A stretch of DNA of 64,000 bases from an uncultured Candidatus Saccharibacteria bacterium (GTDB taxonomy: Bacteria > Patescibacteriota > Minisyncoccia > UBA6257 > 2-01-FULL-56-20): contig CAYLWL010000002.1 of the NCBI GenBank assembly GCA_964387675.1, positions 22,514-86,513 on the forward strand, written 5' to 3'. The position numbers and the translations under genes were made by a program. Position 1 is the first letter of the stretch; every line of letters starts with the position of its first letter. Of this stretch, positions 37,916-47,577 are shown piece after piece. The notes under the pieces were generated by a model. It was not told the origin of the DNA, searched no databases, and worked only from the letters and a program-made list of their open reading frames with translations.

Positions 37916-39229
37916 ATGGACAGAACTTATATCGGCAAAATCAAAGAAAAAATTGGAGAGAAAATAACGATCGAGGGTTTTGTGCAGACCGTCCGTGACC
38001 AGGGGAGTATTAAGTTTTTCATCGTGCGCGACGTGTCCGGCACCGTTCAGGTGGTGATCACGAAAAACAGCGCGGAGGCAATGAATGTCGCGAAGTTCGT
38101 AAGTTTGGAATCTGTTGTCAAAATTGAGGGGTTAGCTAAAGAAGAGGCTCAAGCTCCAGGCGGGTTCGAAGTTGCTGCAGAAAGCGTAGAAATTTTATCT
38201 CGCGCGAACCCCGAATTGCCGATCCCTGTTGTCGAAAAAGGAGCCGAAGAAACCGATCAACAGATCCGTTTGGATTGGAGGTGGATTGATTTGCGAAAAC
38301 CGGAGAAAGCCTTGATTTTCAAAGTGTGGACGACAATGGAGCAGGCGTTTAGAAACTTTTTTATTGAAAACGGATTTATCGAAATTCATTCGCCAAAATT
38401 GACGGCAACCGCCACGGAGTCCGGTGCTGAATTATTCGAGGTTAAATATTTTGATCGCAAGGCGCATCTTGCCCAATCGCCGCAGTTATACAAGCAAATG
38501 GCCATGGCGGCGGGGTTCGAAAAAGTTTTCGAGGTTGGGCCGGTTTTCCGGGCGAATCCTTCATTTACATCCCGGCATGATACGGAGTTCACTATGTACG
38601 ATATCGAAATGTCTTTTGTTTCTTCGCATCATGACCTGATGGACGTTGAAGAAAAAATGGTTGTCGCGATGCTTGCGGCGGTAAAAGAAAAGTACGGCGA
38701 CGAAATACAAAAAGCATATAACCGCGAAGTTATCGTGCCCAAAACCCCATTCCCTCGATTAACCATAAAAGAGGCAAAAGAAATTCTAGGGCGTTTGGGC
38801 ACTCCGAGCGAGCGTGGCGGCGACATGAGCCCGGAAGAAGAACGAGCTATCTCGGAACATGTGCGAAAAGAAACCGGAAACGAGTTTTTATTCCTTCACG
38901 AATTTCCGACTAAGGTCCGCGCCTTTTACAGTATGAGAAAAGATGATGACCCGACCGTAACCAAGAGTTTTGACCTGCTCTGGAACGGCATGGAAATTAC
39001 GAGTGGCGCCCAGAGAGAGCACAGGGTTGAACAATTGGAGAAGCAAATTAAGGAGCAGGGACTCAATCCGGCATCGTTCGAAACATATCTTAACTTTTTC
39101 CGATACGGGTGTCCTCCTCACGGCGGTTTTGCGCCCGGCCCTACGCGGATGCTGATGAAACTCTTTGATATAGCAAATGTCCGCGAGGTCACGTATCTCT
39201 ATCGTGGAGTAAAGAGATTAGAGCCATAA
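37916..39229 (+). CDS. aspS: aspartate-tRNA ligase, short non-discriminating/archaeal type
   Basis: RLDWRWIDLR, LAQSPQLYKQ, FRA...RH.TEF, EITSGAQREH, GCPPHGG. Confidence 0.92.
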   Translation: MDRTYIGKIKEKIGEKITIEGFVQTVRDQGSIKFFIVRDVSGTVQVVITKNSAEAMNVAKFVSLESVVKIEGLAKEEAQAPGGFEVAAESVEILSRANPELPIPVVEKGAEETDQQIRLDWRWIDLRKPEKALIFKVWTTMEQAFRNFFIENGFIEIHSPKLTATATESGAELFEVKYFDRKAHLAQSPQLYKQMAMAAGFEKVFEVGPVFRANPSFTSRHDTEFTMYDIEMSFVSSHHDLMDVEEKMVVAMLAAVKEKYGDEIQKAYNREVIVPKTPFPRLTIKEAKEILGRLGTPSERGGDMSPEEERAISEHVRKETGNEFLFLHEFPTKVRAFYSMRKDDDPTVTKSFDLLWNGMEITSGAQREHRVEQLEKQIKEQGLNPASFETYLNFFRYGCPPHGGFAPGPTRMLMKLFDIANVREVTYLYRGVKRLEP

Positions 39230-39233
39230 TACC

Positions 39234-40307
39234 ATGCAAGGAATTGATTTCCCTCTGTCAAAAACTAAACAAGAATCAGGCCGCAAGTTCAACTTAAACG
39301 ATCCTCGCGATCGGCAGAGGTATTTTTCGTCGAAAGTTGGAGCGGAGATCGAAAAGCTCAAAAAGTATCTTGCGAGCGGAAAAACGTTTGTCGGCTATCT
39401 TTTGGGTAAAAAGAATTCGGGGAAAGGGACGTATTCGAAACTTTTTATGGAAGCGTTAGGAACGGATCGCGTGGGCCACGTCGCGGTGGGGGATATTGTG
39501 CGCGACGTGCACTCCGGCCTTGCCGACCCCGCGACGAAAAAAGAACTCTCTGATTTTTTGAGCAAGAACTATCGGGGGTTCCACAGTTTGGAAGAAATTG
39601 AGCAGGTTATCGAAGGGCGGAGCCAGTCGACCCTAGTCCCCACGGAGCTTATCCTTGCTCTCTTAAAGTTTGAAATCAGCAAACGCCCCCGACAAGCGCT
39701 TTTTATCGACGGCTTTCCTCGCGGCCTCGATCAGATCGGTTATTCGCTCTATTTGAAAGAGCTTTTGGGATACCGCGATGACCCGGACTTTTTCGTTTTT
39801 ATCAGTTTGCCGAATACCGTCCTCGACGAGAGGATCAAGTACCGCGTGATCTGCCCGATCTGCAAAACTCCGAGGAGCACCAAGCTGTTGGCGACGAGCG
39901 GAGCCGGCTACGACGAGGCGGCAAGAAAGTTCTATCTGATATGCGATAATCCGCCCTGCAACAAAGCGCGTATGGTTCCCAAAGAAGGAGACGAGCTGGG
40001 GATCGAGCCCATCCGCGCCCGGCTTGAAACCGACGACCAGATTTTCCGAAAGTTGCTCGAGCTCCAAGGCGTGCCGAAGGTGTATCTCCGCAACGCGGTG
40101 CCCTCCGCCGAAGCAAAAGAATACGTGGATGATTACGAACTTACTCCGGCGTACGGCTACGAGCTTGACCAAGCAACGAAGAACGTAAAGATTCTCGAGT
40201 CCCCGTGGGTCGTTGAGGATGACGACGGCATCCCGTCATACAGTTTATTACCGCCGGCGGTTGTGGTGTCGTTAATCCGGCAAGTAGTCCACGTGCTCAA
40301 ACTTTAG
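39234..40307 (+). CDS. adenylate-kinase-like nucleoside monophosphate kinase
   Basis: GKKNSGKGT, IDGFPR, CPIC...CDNPPC lid. Confidence 0.75.
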   Translation: MQGIDFPLSKTKQESGRKFNLNDPRDRQRYFSSKVGAEIEKLKKYLASGKTFVGYLLGKKNSGKGTYSKLFMEALGTDRVGHVAVGDIVRDVHSGLADPATKKELSDFLSKNYRGFHSLEEIEQVIEGRSQSTLVPTELILALLKFEISKRPRQALFIDGFPRGLDQIGYSLYLKELLGYRDDPDFFVFISLPNTVLDERIKYRVICPICKTPRSTKLLATSGAGYDEAARKFYLICDNPPCNKARMVPKEGDELGIEPIRARLETDDQIFRKLLELQGVPKVYLRNAVPSAEAKEYVDDYELTPAYGYELDQATKNVKILESPWVVEDDDGIPSYSLLPPAVVVSLIRQVVHVLKL

Positions 40308-40315
40308 TTTTTATT

Positions 40316-40897
40316 ATGGCCGATCTTGACCCGCGTTTACATTTCGTAGTGCCGACCGCGATCGTCGTGAAAAACGGGAAATTTTTGATCGCCAAACGTG
40401 CCGCCCACGAAAAGGCGTTTCCGGATAAATGGACGGTGCCCGGAGGCAAGCTGGTGCTCCATGAATATGAGCACCTGCCACGGGGTTTTCGTGGTCGTCA
40501 TGATGACGACCACGGCGAAGGAGGGGTCGGGAGGAAAGTACAAGGTTCCTCCCGTGTAGGAGATTATTCAGAACTGAGGGTTCTGAAGGAGGAGCGAAGC
40601 GACGACCCGCAATGGTACAACGTCGTGGAGTGGGTGCTTCGAAAAGAAGTTCGCGAAGAAGTCGATTTGGAGATCGAGAAGCCGCGGTATCTTTGCGATC
40701 TGGTTTTCGTGCGGCCGGACGGCTATCCGGTGGTAACACTCTCGTACTGGGCTTTCTACAAAAGCGGAGAAGTGAAACTTTGCAAGGACTTGACCGATTA
40801 CGCCTGGGTGACGGTTGAAGAGGCGAAGCAATACGATCTCATCGACGGCATCTGGGACGAAATCAAAGAAGTGGCAGATATCGTAAAAAAAGTATAA
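40316..40897 (+). CDS. NUDIX hydrolase with an in-frame palindromic insertion
   Basis: WTVPGGKL...LRKEVREEVDL, with about 40 extra residues in between. Confidence 0.8.
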   Translation: MADLDPRLHFVVPTAIVVKNGKFLIAKRAAHEKAFPDKWTVPGGKLVLHEYEHLPRGFRGRHDDDHGEGGVGRKVQGSSRVGDYSELRVLKEERSDDPQWYNVVEWVLRKEVREEVDLEIEKPRYLCDLVFVRPDGYPVVTLSYWAFYKSGEVKLCKDLTDYAWVTVEEAKQYDLIDGIWDEIKEVADIVKKV

Positions 40898-40911
40898 GGA
40901 ACAGCTAAGAG

Positions 40912-41628
40912 TTATTCTTTGAATGCTTTGATTATCGGATCGAGGTCGCCATCCAAGATTCGTACTATATTATGAAACTTTTTCCCAAGGCGGTGATCGG
41001 TGATCCGGTCGTCGGGGAAGTTGTAGGTTCTGATTTTTTCCGAGCGGTCGCCGGTGCCCACCTGTTCCCTGCGCGTTGCGCCGAGTTTTCGAGCATCCGT
41101 TTCTTTTTGGAGGTCGTAGAGTTTCGCTCGTAACACCGCCATCGCCCGCTCGCGGTTCGCGTGCTGGGCTCGTTCCACGCGCGAGGAAACGACGATGCCG
41201 GTCGGTTTGTGGAGAATTCGCACCGCGCTCTCTATCTTGTTGACGTTTTGCCCGCCGGGGCCTCCGGCGCGCGAAAAAGTTACCTCAAGGTCATTCGGGT
41301 TTATAGTTACTTCTTTCGGTTCGACTTCCGGGATAATGGCAACGGTTGCGGTTGAGGTGTGAACCCGGCCGGACTTCTCGGTGTCCGGTATCCTCTGGAT
41401 TCGGTGAACGCCGGACTCATGCCGAAGCGCCTCCAATATTCCGGCGCCGCCAACCTCGGCCACAAAAGTTTTGTACCCGTTGAGCGACGTTTGATTCGAG
41501 TCGAGAACCGCGAACGACCAGCCCCGCTTCGCGGCGTAGCGCTGGTACATTCTCGCGAGATCGCCGGCGAAGATCGCGGCTTCATCGCCGCCGACCCCTG
41601 CTCTAATTTCTAAGATAATTTTTTCCAT
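40912..41628 (-). CDS. prfA: peptide chain release factor 1 lacking the N-terminal domain
   Basis: [12 protein letters not shown], PxT (PDT), [13 protein letters not shown]; 238 aa from MEKII. Confidence 0.88.
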   Translation of the reverse strand: MEKIILEIRAGVGGDEAAIFAGDLARMYQRYAAKRGWSFAVLDSNQTSLNGYKTFVAEVGGAGILEALRHESGVHRIQRIPDTEKSGRVHTSTATVAIIPEVEPKEVTINPNDLEVTFSRAGGPGGQNVNKIESAVRILHKPTGIVVSSRVERAQHANRERAMAVLRAKLYDLQKETDARKLGATRREQVGTGDRSEKIRTYNFPDDRITDHRLGKKFHNIVRILDGDLDPIIKAFKE

Positions 41629-41956
41629 AATGTAGAGTATGTACGGAAATTCGCTGTTTGTCCAAATGAATAACCGCACCGCAGAGCGGTGCGGTGTCAC
41701 CGCTTAAGGATTGCGGTTATTCACCCATCCCCATTTGCTGTAAAATCTATGCATATGTACTATTTGAAGACGAAGTCGCCTTGCGGCTCTGATTGTGTAA
41801 TAGCTCAATCTCTGCCACAAATGGGGAGGGGTTTATTATTCACGCGTCGCAATTCATCCCGCCCGGGCTTCGACTGAACTCAGCCGAATGTCCAAGCGGG
41901 CGGGTATTCTTGCGAGTGAATAATAAAAAATCCCCGTTTCCGGGCGGAAAGGGGGA

Positions 41957-42469
41957 TTACTTTGCGAGTTGAATCAGCTCCTGGAGTCCCAGTGCGACCA
42001 GGTACATCTTGAGGGCGCTGCCGGCGACCATCAGCACGATACACAAAATTCTATTGAGTTTGAGCGCCTTGCTTGATGCCGGTCCGAGCCACAGGAGATA
42101 CGGCACAAATCCGAAGAGCGGCATGGCGTAGTAGGGGATTTTCTTGATATAAGGGAAGTACCACTTTTCTTCCAGTTCCGATACTTCTTCTTCGTCGCGT
42201 TTTGAGGGCCAAAATCGCGTGAGGACGGGGAGGGATTTATCGGTAATCCAAAACCATAAGTAGATGTGCATGCAGTCGCAAGCGATCGCTATGCAGATCG
42301 CGGTGAACACGGGAACTTCAAGAATCAGCCACAATCCTATGCCGGTTTCTCCCTGAATCATGGTCCACACGAGCGCGCCGGCATATGCCTTGTTAAAGTA
42401 TCCGACTGCGAGCGGAAGAAGAAGCAAGAACGAAAAAAAGGCGACCCAAGCCCTTAGTTGTTTTAACAA
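41957..42469 (-). CDS. hypothetical membrane protein
   Basis: AGGAGGAG RBS, hydrophobic segments. Confidence 0.6.
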   Translation of the reverse strand: MLKQLRAWVAFFSFLLLLPLAVGYFNKAYAGALVWTMIQGETGIGLWLILEVPVFTAICIAIACDCMHIYLWFWITDKSLPVLTRFWPSKRDEEEVSELEEKWYFPYIKKIPYYAMPLFGFVPYLLWLGPASSKALKLNRILCIVLMVAGSALKMYLVALGLQELIQLAK

Positions 42470-42528
42470 GCACTCCTCCTATTCGGACACGGAGAACTCC
42501 CTCTAGTATGCCTCAAGTACCGCAAAAA

Positions 42529-43101
42529 TCAAGCGTGTTTATCGATTCTTTCAACATAATCCCCGGTTTCGGTGTTGATTCGTATGACATCCCCTTGATT
42601 TATGAAAAGGGGAGCCGAGACCTTCGCGCCGCCCTCGAGCGTAACCACTTTCGTTCCGCCCTGGGCGGTGTTGCCGCGTATCGCCGGCGGCGCTTCGGCA
42701 ACTTCAAAATCCATTTTGATCGGAAGTTTGACGTTGATTATTTTTTCACCGAACATCAGCAACTCCACTTTTGTGTTCGGTTTCAGAAATTGTCTCGGTT
42801 CGCCCAATGTCTCTGCGGGTATGGAAAATCTGTTTTTGGGATTATGTTCTTCGGTAAACCAATATTGGTCGCGATGGGCGTAGATGAATATGGCCGGCTT
42901 TTTTTCTGTCTCCGTTTCTTCAAAATAATCGCTCTGCTGGAAGTTGCGGTCCAACACTTTTCCGGTGACGAGATTTCGGATCTTCGTTTGCACCACCGCT
43001 TTGCGCTGTTGCATCCGCAAAAAATGGGACTCCAAGACCTCGTACGGGTCGCCGTCCATGACGAACATTATTCCTTTGGTGAGGTCGGTGTAGGAAAGCA
43101 T
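42529..43101 (-). CDS. efp: elongation factor P
   Basis: KIRNLVTG, P.IRGNTA, PLFINQGD.IRINT.TG.YVER. Confidence 0.93.
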   Translation of the reverse strand: MLSYTDLTKGIMFVMDGDPYEVLESHFLRMQQRKAVVQTKIRNLVTGKVLDRNFQQSDYFEETETEKKPAIFIYAHRDQYWFTEEHNPKNRFSIPAETLGEPRQFLKPNTKVELLMFGEKIINVKLPIKMDFEVAEAPPAIRGNTAQGGTKVVTLEGGAKVSAPLFINQGDVIRINTETGDYVERIDKHA

Positions 43102-43111
43102 TGTTTAATAA

Positions 43112-43250
43112 GTGTCAGGTGTCAGGTGTCAGGTGTCAAGCACGACCCCTCCCAAAAAGCTGTTGCAATCAAAAACCGCGCCGATTTCTCGGAGCGGTTT
43201 TTGCGGCGAATGTCGGCTGCTAAAAGCTAATAGCTAAAACCTATCACCTC
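43112..43250. repeat. heptamer arms between the KH gene and efp
   Basis: gtgtcag x3 plus gtgtcaa at 43112-43139; ctaaaag-ctaatag-ctaaaac-ctatcac at 43220-43247. Confidence 0.75.
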
Positions 43251-43252
43251 GT

Positions 43253-43555
43253 TTAGTACTCTTCCCTGCGGGGCGGTCGTTCGCCTCGGGTGCTTCCTTC
43301 CGGCTCTTCAATCTTGAGATTGACGCGGGCATTGTTCTTAATGCCTACGATCCTCAAAAGAGAACGGATGGACTTGGCGGTGGCTCCTTGTCTTCCGACA
43401 ACTTGCCCCATATCCATCGGATGTACTTTTAAGGAAAGCAGCACTCCCATCTCATCGACTTTCCGGTCGACTTTCACGTCATCCGGATGATCAACGAGGG
43501 ATTTAATCAGGTATTCAAGAAATTCCTGATCCGTCGCTGTTGCTTTGCTGGACAT
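43253..43555 (-). CDS. khpA: KH-domain RNA-binding protein (KhpA/YlqC)
   Basis: LVDHPDDV.V...DEMGVLL...DMGQVVGRQG.TA..IR; downstream of rpsP. Confidence 0.88.
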   Translation of the reverse strand: MSSKATATDQEFLEYLIKSLVDHPDDVKVDRKVDEMGVLLSLKVHPMDMGQVVGRQGATAKSIRSLLRIVGIKNNARVNLKIEEPEGSTRGERPPRREEY

Positions 43556-43571
43556 AATCTTTTTCTGATTC

Positions 43572-43632
43572 AGACCCCATCTCAAAAATAATCATCATAG
43601 TGCTTCAAGTGCTTATTTTTGAGATAGGGTCT
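43572..43632. repeat. short hairpin sharing ends with the MITE at 55809
   Basis: AGACCCCATCTCAAAAATAA / TTATTTTTGAGATAGGGTCT. Confidence 0.7.
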
Positions 43633-43661
43633 CCCTTCGACCTTTCTTTTCTTTCGGTCCA

Positions 43662-43935
43662 TTGACTTCGTTGAGGAGGCGATGCCGAGAATGAATCTAG
43701 GCATCGCCTGAAGTGAGTGGGGGATGGGAGGACTAACCTCCATTGCCGGGTGTTGCCGATCGAAGTTCTGCCAGAGTTTCCGGATTAAGAGTCCGGGCTT
43801 GTGACAGCACCGCCGTTCACCCAAGCACCGCAACCGTGGCCTTTGGTCACGGGGGACGCGCGATTTTTATCAAGGACAGCGCTTATTGTCCCTCACACCC
43901 CACACATTATGAGGATTTCTCCTCAACGAAGTCAA
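43662..43935 (+). ncRNA. candidate structured RNA, unknown family
   Basis: Perfect 17-bp terminal helix plus at least 6 internal stems; G-U wobble pairs favour the + strand. Confidence 0.5.
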
Positions 43936-43997
43936 CGAGCTTCCTTCTGGATTATTACCGAGTAATTATAATCCCATTTCAAAACCTTGTCAAGCGA

Positions 43998-44387
43998 TTA
44001 CTCGGTTGCTGGTTTTTCGGTTGGCGCGGCTGTTTCCGTGGTCGGGGTCCCCGAAACTTCGGCTGTCGGAGCAACCGTTTCGGGAGTCGCTGCGGTTGCG
44101 GCAGGCGCTTCAACCTTTTCCGGTTTATTTATTTTGATCGCGATTTTCGGGCCGCTCACGGCGCCCGCTTTTACCAAGAGATTCCACACCGTTGGCGTGG
44201 GCTTGGCTCCCGATTTTATCCAGTACGCGACTCTCTCTTTCTCCGCGCTCACGGCTTTCGTGAAGGGGTTGTAGGAGCCCACGTCCTCAACCGGCGGCGC
44301 GATAAGCCGGGACCGTTTTTCGGCCACCACGATTCGGAAATGCGGCTGGTGTTTTTTGCCTATCCTTTGCAGTTTGATAGCAAGCAT
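43998..44387 (-). CDS. rpsP: 30S ribosomal protein S16
   Basis: MLAIKLQRIGKKHQPHFRIVV...GSYNP...GAKPT.TV. Confidence 0.95.
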   Translation of the reverse strand: MLAIKLQRIGKKHQPHFRIVVAEKRSRLIAPPVEDVGSYNPFTKAVSAEKERVAYWIKSGAKPTPTVWNLLVKAGAVSGPKIAIKINKPEKVEAPAATAATPETVAPTAEVSGTPTTETAAPTEKPATE

Positions 44388-44434
44388 TTTTGTAATAGTT
44401 TAGGGGATAAGGGGCTTTTCGTCAAATGGGGATT

Positions 44435-44980
44435 TTAGAACGAAACGAAAGCGAAAAAGACGAGCGCGAATATCACCATAAACATCTCCGCGTAAGACGT
44501 CTTGGTTTTCGCGTACGCCTTTGTCATATTCCAATAGAACCCGACAAGCGACCCGTCTTGGGGAAAGTCCAACACCAGCCCCGGTTCGAGCGCGTAGAGT
44601 TTTTTGCCGAAGGGCCAGCGCCACATGATTCCGTACTCGATGGAATCCAATAGCATATGGCTCATCGAACCAAGAAGCATAACAAACGTGAAGGTGTGGC
44701 CGTATGGTGAGTTCGCGAAAAGATACGCGATGCCGCAGAGCGCAAGCCACACGAGCGGCGCGTGAGACGGGCTCCGGCGATGGTTGAATTTGTTCACGCG
44801 GAGCCGGAGCGATTTGCCCACAACGAGTGTGATGACCTGATCCCAATCTACGATGACGGCCCAAAATATTCCCCAAAAAATCAGCGAGGTAATCTGCTGA
44901 TCCGGAAGCGGCTTGTTTGCGATTTCGAGCGCGGCATAGGTTACTGCGTATCCTGCCGCGGCATGTCCGATGGGGGTCAT
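44435..44980 (-). CDS. YdjM-like membrane metal-dependent hydrolase
   Basis: GH, D.D, HR...SH, SHMLLD motifs. Confidence 0.75.
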   Translation of the reverse strand: MTPIGHAAAGYAVTYAALEIANKPLPDQQITSLIFWGIFWAVIVDWDQVITLVVGKSLRLRVNKFNHRRSPSHAPLVWLALCGIAYLFANSPYGHTFTFVMLLGSMSHMLLDSIEYGIMWRWPFGKKLYALEPGLVLDFPQDGSLVGFYWNMTKAYAKTKTSYAEMFMVIFALVFFAFVSF

Positions 44981-45147
44981 ACATTAGAATCCAGAATCTA
45001 GTGGCTAGAATCTAGAATTTTAGTGTAAAGAATATGGGGCGCCTTTGTGGGATTTTAGTGAACTTCGGGTCCTACGGCAAATTCCTTTTCACCGCGCCAC
45101 AAGCCATTTAGGCCCGCTTCGCCGGAGCTTCAGCGAGGCGAATGTTT

Positions 45148-45459
45148 TTATCTTCGCTTTTCGAGAAGCAAAACTCTCCGTTCCAAAGCCGCGAACTCAT
45201 CCACGTCAACTTTTCTCTTGAAACCGGCTTTGATAAATTCAATATCCTCTTTGACTATTTCCACGTCAATGGTCAACTTGCCCATCATTTCAGTATGAGT
45301 GTTCAAGGTTTCAGTATGGGCGCTCAAAGTCTTTTTTATGTCGCCGTACTGCTCGGCGACTAAGGAAACTTTATCGTCGACGTGTTCAATCATCACGCCG
45401 AGGTGGCGTAATTCCTGATGCAAGTTGGGCTGCCTTTTCGATTTTTTATGTTTAGCCAT
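45148..45459 (-). CDS. hypothetical coiled-coil protein
   Basis: GVMIEHVD.KV.LVAE...KVD..EF..LERRV. Confidence 0.7.
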   Translation of the reverse strand: MAKHKKSKRQPNLHQELRHLGVMIEHVDDKVSLVAEQYGDIKKTLSAHTETLNTHTEMMGKLTIDVEIVKEDIEFIKAGFKRKVDVDEFAALERRVLLLEKRR

Positions 45460-45504
45460 TTATATGTTTATATGTAGGATATCTTTTCACGTAGAAACGT
45501 CAAG

Positions 45505-45585
45505 TGCCCGGGGAGAGAGTCGAACTCTCATGAGTTTCCTCACACGATTTTGAGTCGTGCGCGTCTGCCATTCCGCCACCCGGGC
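45505..45585 (-). tRNA. tRNA-Leu(CAA)
   Basis: GCCCGGGTGGCGGAATGGCAGACGCG-CACGA-CT-CAA-AA-TCGTG, long variable arm, T-arm. Confidence 0.95.
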
Positions 45586-45637
45586 CATCTTTCTTATATT
45601 GGTTGATTATATATGGGTTTTTGCTAAAATCAATTCG

Positions 45638-46465
45638 ATGGCAAGAGTAATCGCAATTTGTAATGCCAAAGGCGGAGTCGGGAAAACCACGACCGCAGTG
45701 AACCTCGGCGCTTATCTCGCCTATATGGGCAGGCGCGCGCTGCTTTTGGATTTCGATCCGCAGGCGAACGCGAGTTCCGCTTTGGGCCACGATCATAAGG
45801 CCGGGCACCCGACGGTTTACCACGGAATTATGGGCCAGGTCGATCCGGAGCACGCAGTGCGGCCCACCGCGATTTATAACTTCAGTTACGTTCCGGCGGC
45901 GCCGCATTTGGCCGGGGCCCTCATCGAACTCGTGAACGTCATCGGCCGGGAATATTTCCTCCGCAAGTTTTTGAACAACATCCGCCACACGTACGATTAT
46001 ATTCTCATCGACTTGCCGCCGAGTTTGAGCTTGCTCACGGTGAATGGTCTTATCGCGAGCGACGAAGTGCTGATTCCGGTGCAGGCGGAATATTACAGCT
46101 TAGAGGGCCTGGGGCAGCTGCTCGAGACCATCAATCTTGTGAGGAATAACCTGAAGCATCCGCTCAAGGTTGCAGGCGCGGTGGTCACCATGCACGATAA
46201 GAGAGAGCACTTGAGCCGGGAAATCGCTAAAAACGTACGCAGGCATTTCCCTTATCATGTTTTTGAAACGGAAATTCCCAGAAGTATCGCGTTGGCCGAG
46301 GCGCCCAGTTTTTCCAAACCCGTCATACTTTACCGGCCGGATTCTCCGGGAGCGCTCGCGTATCAGCGTCTTGCGGACGAAGTTATCAGACAAGAAAAAG
46401 AACCGCAGACGCCGCAGGCGACAGTTGCGAGCGCCGACTTCGGGGATTTTAATATAAACCTTTAG
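45638..46465 (+). CDS. parA: chromosome partitioning ATPase ParA/Soj
   Basis: KGGVGKTTT, DPQANAS, DLPPSL, PVQAEYYSLEG. Confidence 0.93.
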   Translation: MARVIAICNAKGGVGKTTTAVNLGAYLAYMGRRALLLDFDPQANASSALGHDHKAGHPTVYHGIMGQVDPEHAVRPTAIYNFSYVPAAPHLAGALIELVNVIGREYFLRKFLNNIRHTYDYILIDLPPSLSLLTVNGLIASDEVLIPVQAEYYSLEGLGQLLETINLVRNNLKHPLKVAGAVVTMHDKREHLSREIAKNVRRHFPYHVFETEIPRSIALAEAPSFSKPVILYRPDSPGALAYQRLADEVIRQEKEPQTPQATVASADFGDFNINL

Positions 46466-46468
46466 TAA

Positions 46469-46560
46469 GCGAAATACTAATATACTAATTCGTGCGAATG
46501 ATACTAATGGATACTAATTCGTATTATTTGTATCATTAGCATGCATTCGTATATTGGTAT
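46469..46560. repeat. 8/9-nt-period inverted-repeat hairpin (TAC(T/G)AAT type) between parA and parB
   Basis: atactaat-atactaat...gcgaat-gatactaat versus attcgta...attagcat...attcgtat-attggtat. Confidence 0.65.
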
Positions 46561-46572
46561 CACACTTTATTC

Positions 46573-47577
46573 ATGTTAGGCAAAGGCCTCGAGTCATTAA
46601 TACCTCCGTCGCAAGGAGATGACGGCGTCGGGCAACCCGCGGCGCCAAGGACAATACCGGAGGACGCTGTAAAAAGTAATGCGGATGATCTCAAACCGCA
46701 CGATTTTGTTTTTCATATCGAGGTCGCTAAAATTTCACCGAATCCGAATCAGCCTCGCCGAAACTTCGATGAAGCCGGAATACGGGAACTCGCGAATTCT
46801 ATCCGCGAATTCGGCTTTTTACAGCCGCTTGTGATTACGCGCCGCGAAAAAGAGACGCCGAACGGCGTTGAGGTGAGCTACGAACTGATTGCCGGAGAGC
46901 GCCGGCTGATGGCCGCGAAGATGCTGGGACTCGAAGTGGTGCCGGCGATCATCAAGGGAGTCGATCGGGAGCGCGAAAAACTCGAACTCGCGATCGTAGA
47001 AAACATCCAGCGCGAGAACTTGAATCCGATCGAATCAGCCCGCGCCTTCCAGCAACTCCAAGAAGAATTCAGGTTAACGCAAAGAGAAATCGCCTCAAAG
47101 CTTGGGAAAAGCAGAGAATCGGTGGCGAATACGATGCGACTTCTCGATCTCCCGCCTTACGTTCAAGAAGCGCTTGAGAAAGGATACATTACGGAAAGCC
47201 ATGGCAGGTTTTTGCTGTCGGTTGCGAACCCCGGGAATCAGAGAAGGTTGTTCGATGAAATTATGATGAAGGGGCTGACCACGAGAGAGGTGAAAGAGAG
47301 AATACGCAGCGAAAACGCCGCCTCCGGGACGCCGGCCGCGGCCGAGTCGCCCAAAGAGACACATATTGGTTCGGCGCCGCTCACCACAAGAGAACTTCCT
47401 CCCGAGTTCAAAATGGCGGAAGAAAAATTGAGTTCCGAACTCGGCACGCCGGTGAAAATCGAGAAAAAAGGAGATCCGCCGGCTGGCGGAGGAAAGATTA
47501 CCATTACGTTCTACTCGGAAGAAGAACTGGAGAGTATTTTACGCAAAATCGGCGGCGGCGATCAAACAAGCTTATAG
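46573..47577 (+). CDS. parB: chromosome partitioning protein ParB
   Basis: LGKGL..LI, NPNQPRR.F, IAGERR, ENIQRENLNPIE, HTH. Confidence 0.93.
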   Translation: MLGKGLESLIPPSQGDDGVGQPAAPRTIPEDAVKSNADDLKPHDFVFHIEVAKISPNPNQPRRNFDEAGIRELANSIREFGFLQPLVITRREKETPNGVEVSYELIAGERRLMAAKMLGLEVVPAIIKGVDREREKLELAIVENIQRENLNPIESARAFQQLQEEFRLTQREIASKLGKSRESVANTMRLLDLPPYVQEALEKGYITESHGRFLLSVANPGNQRRLFDEIMMKGLTTREVKERIRSENAASGTPAAAESPKETHIGSAPLTTRELPPEFKMAEEKLSSELGTPVKIEKKGDPPAGGGKITITFYSEEELESILRKIGGGDQTSL

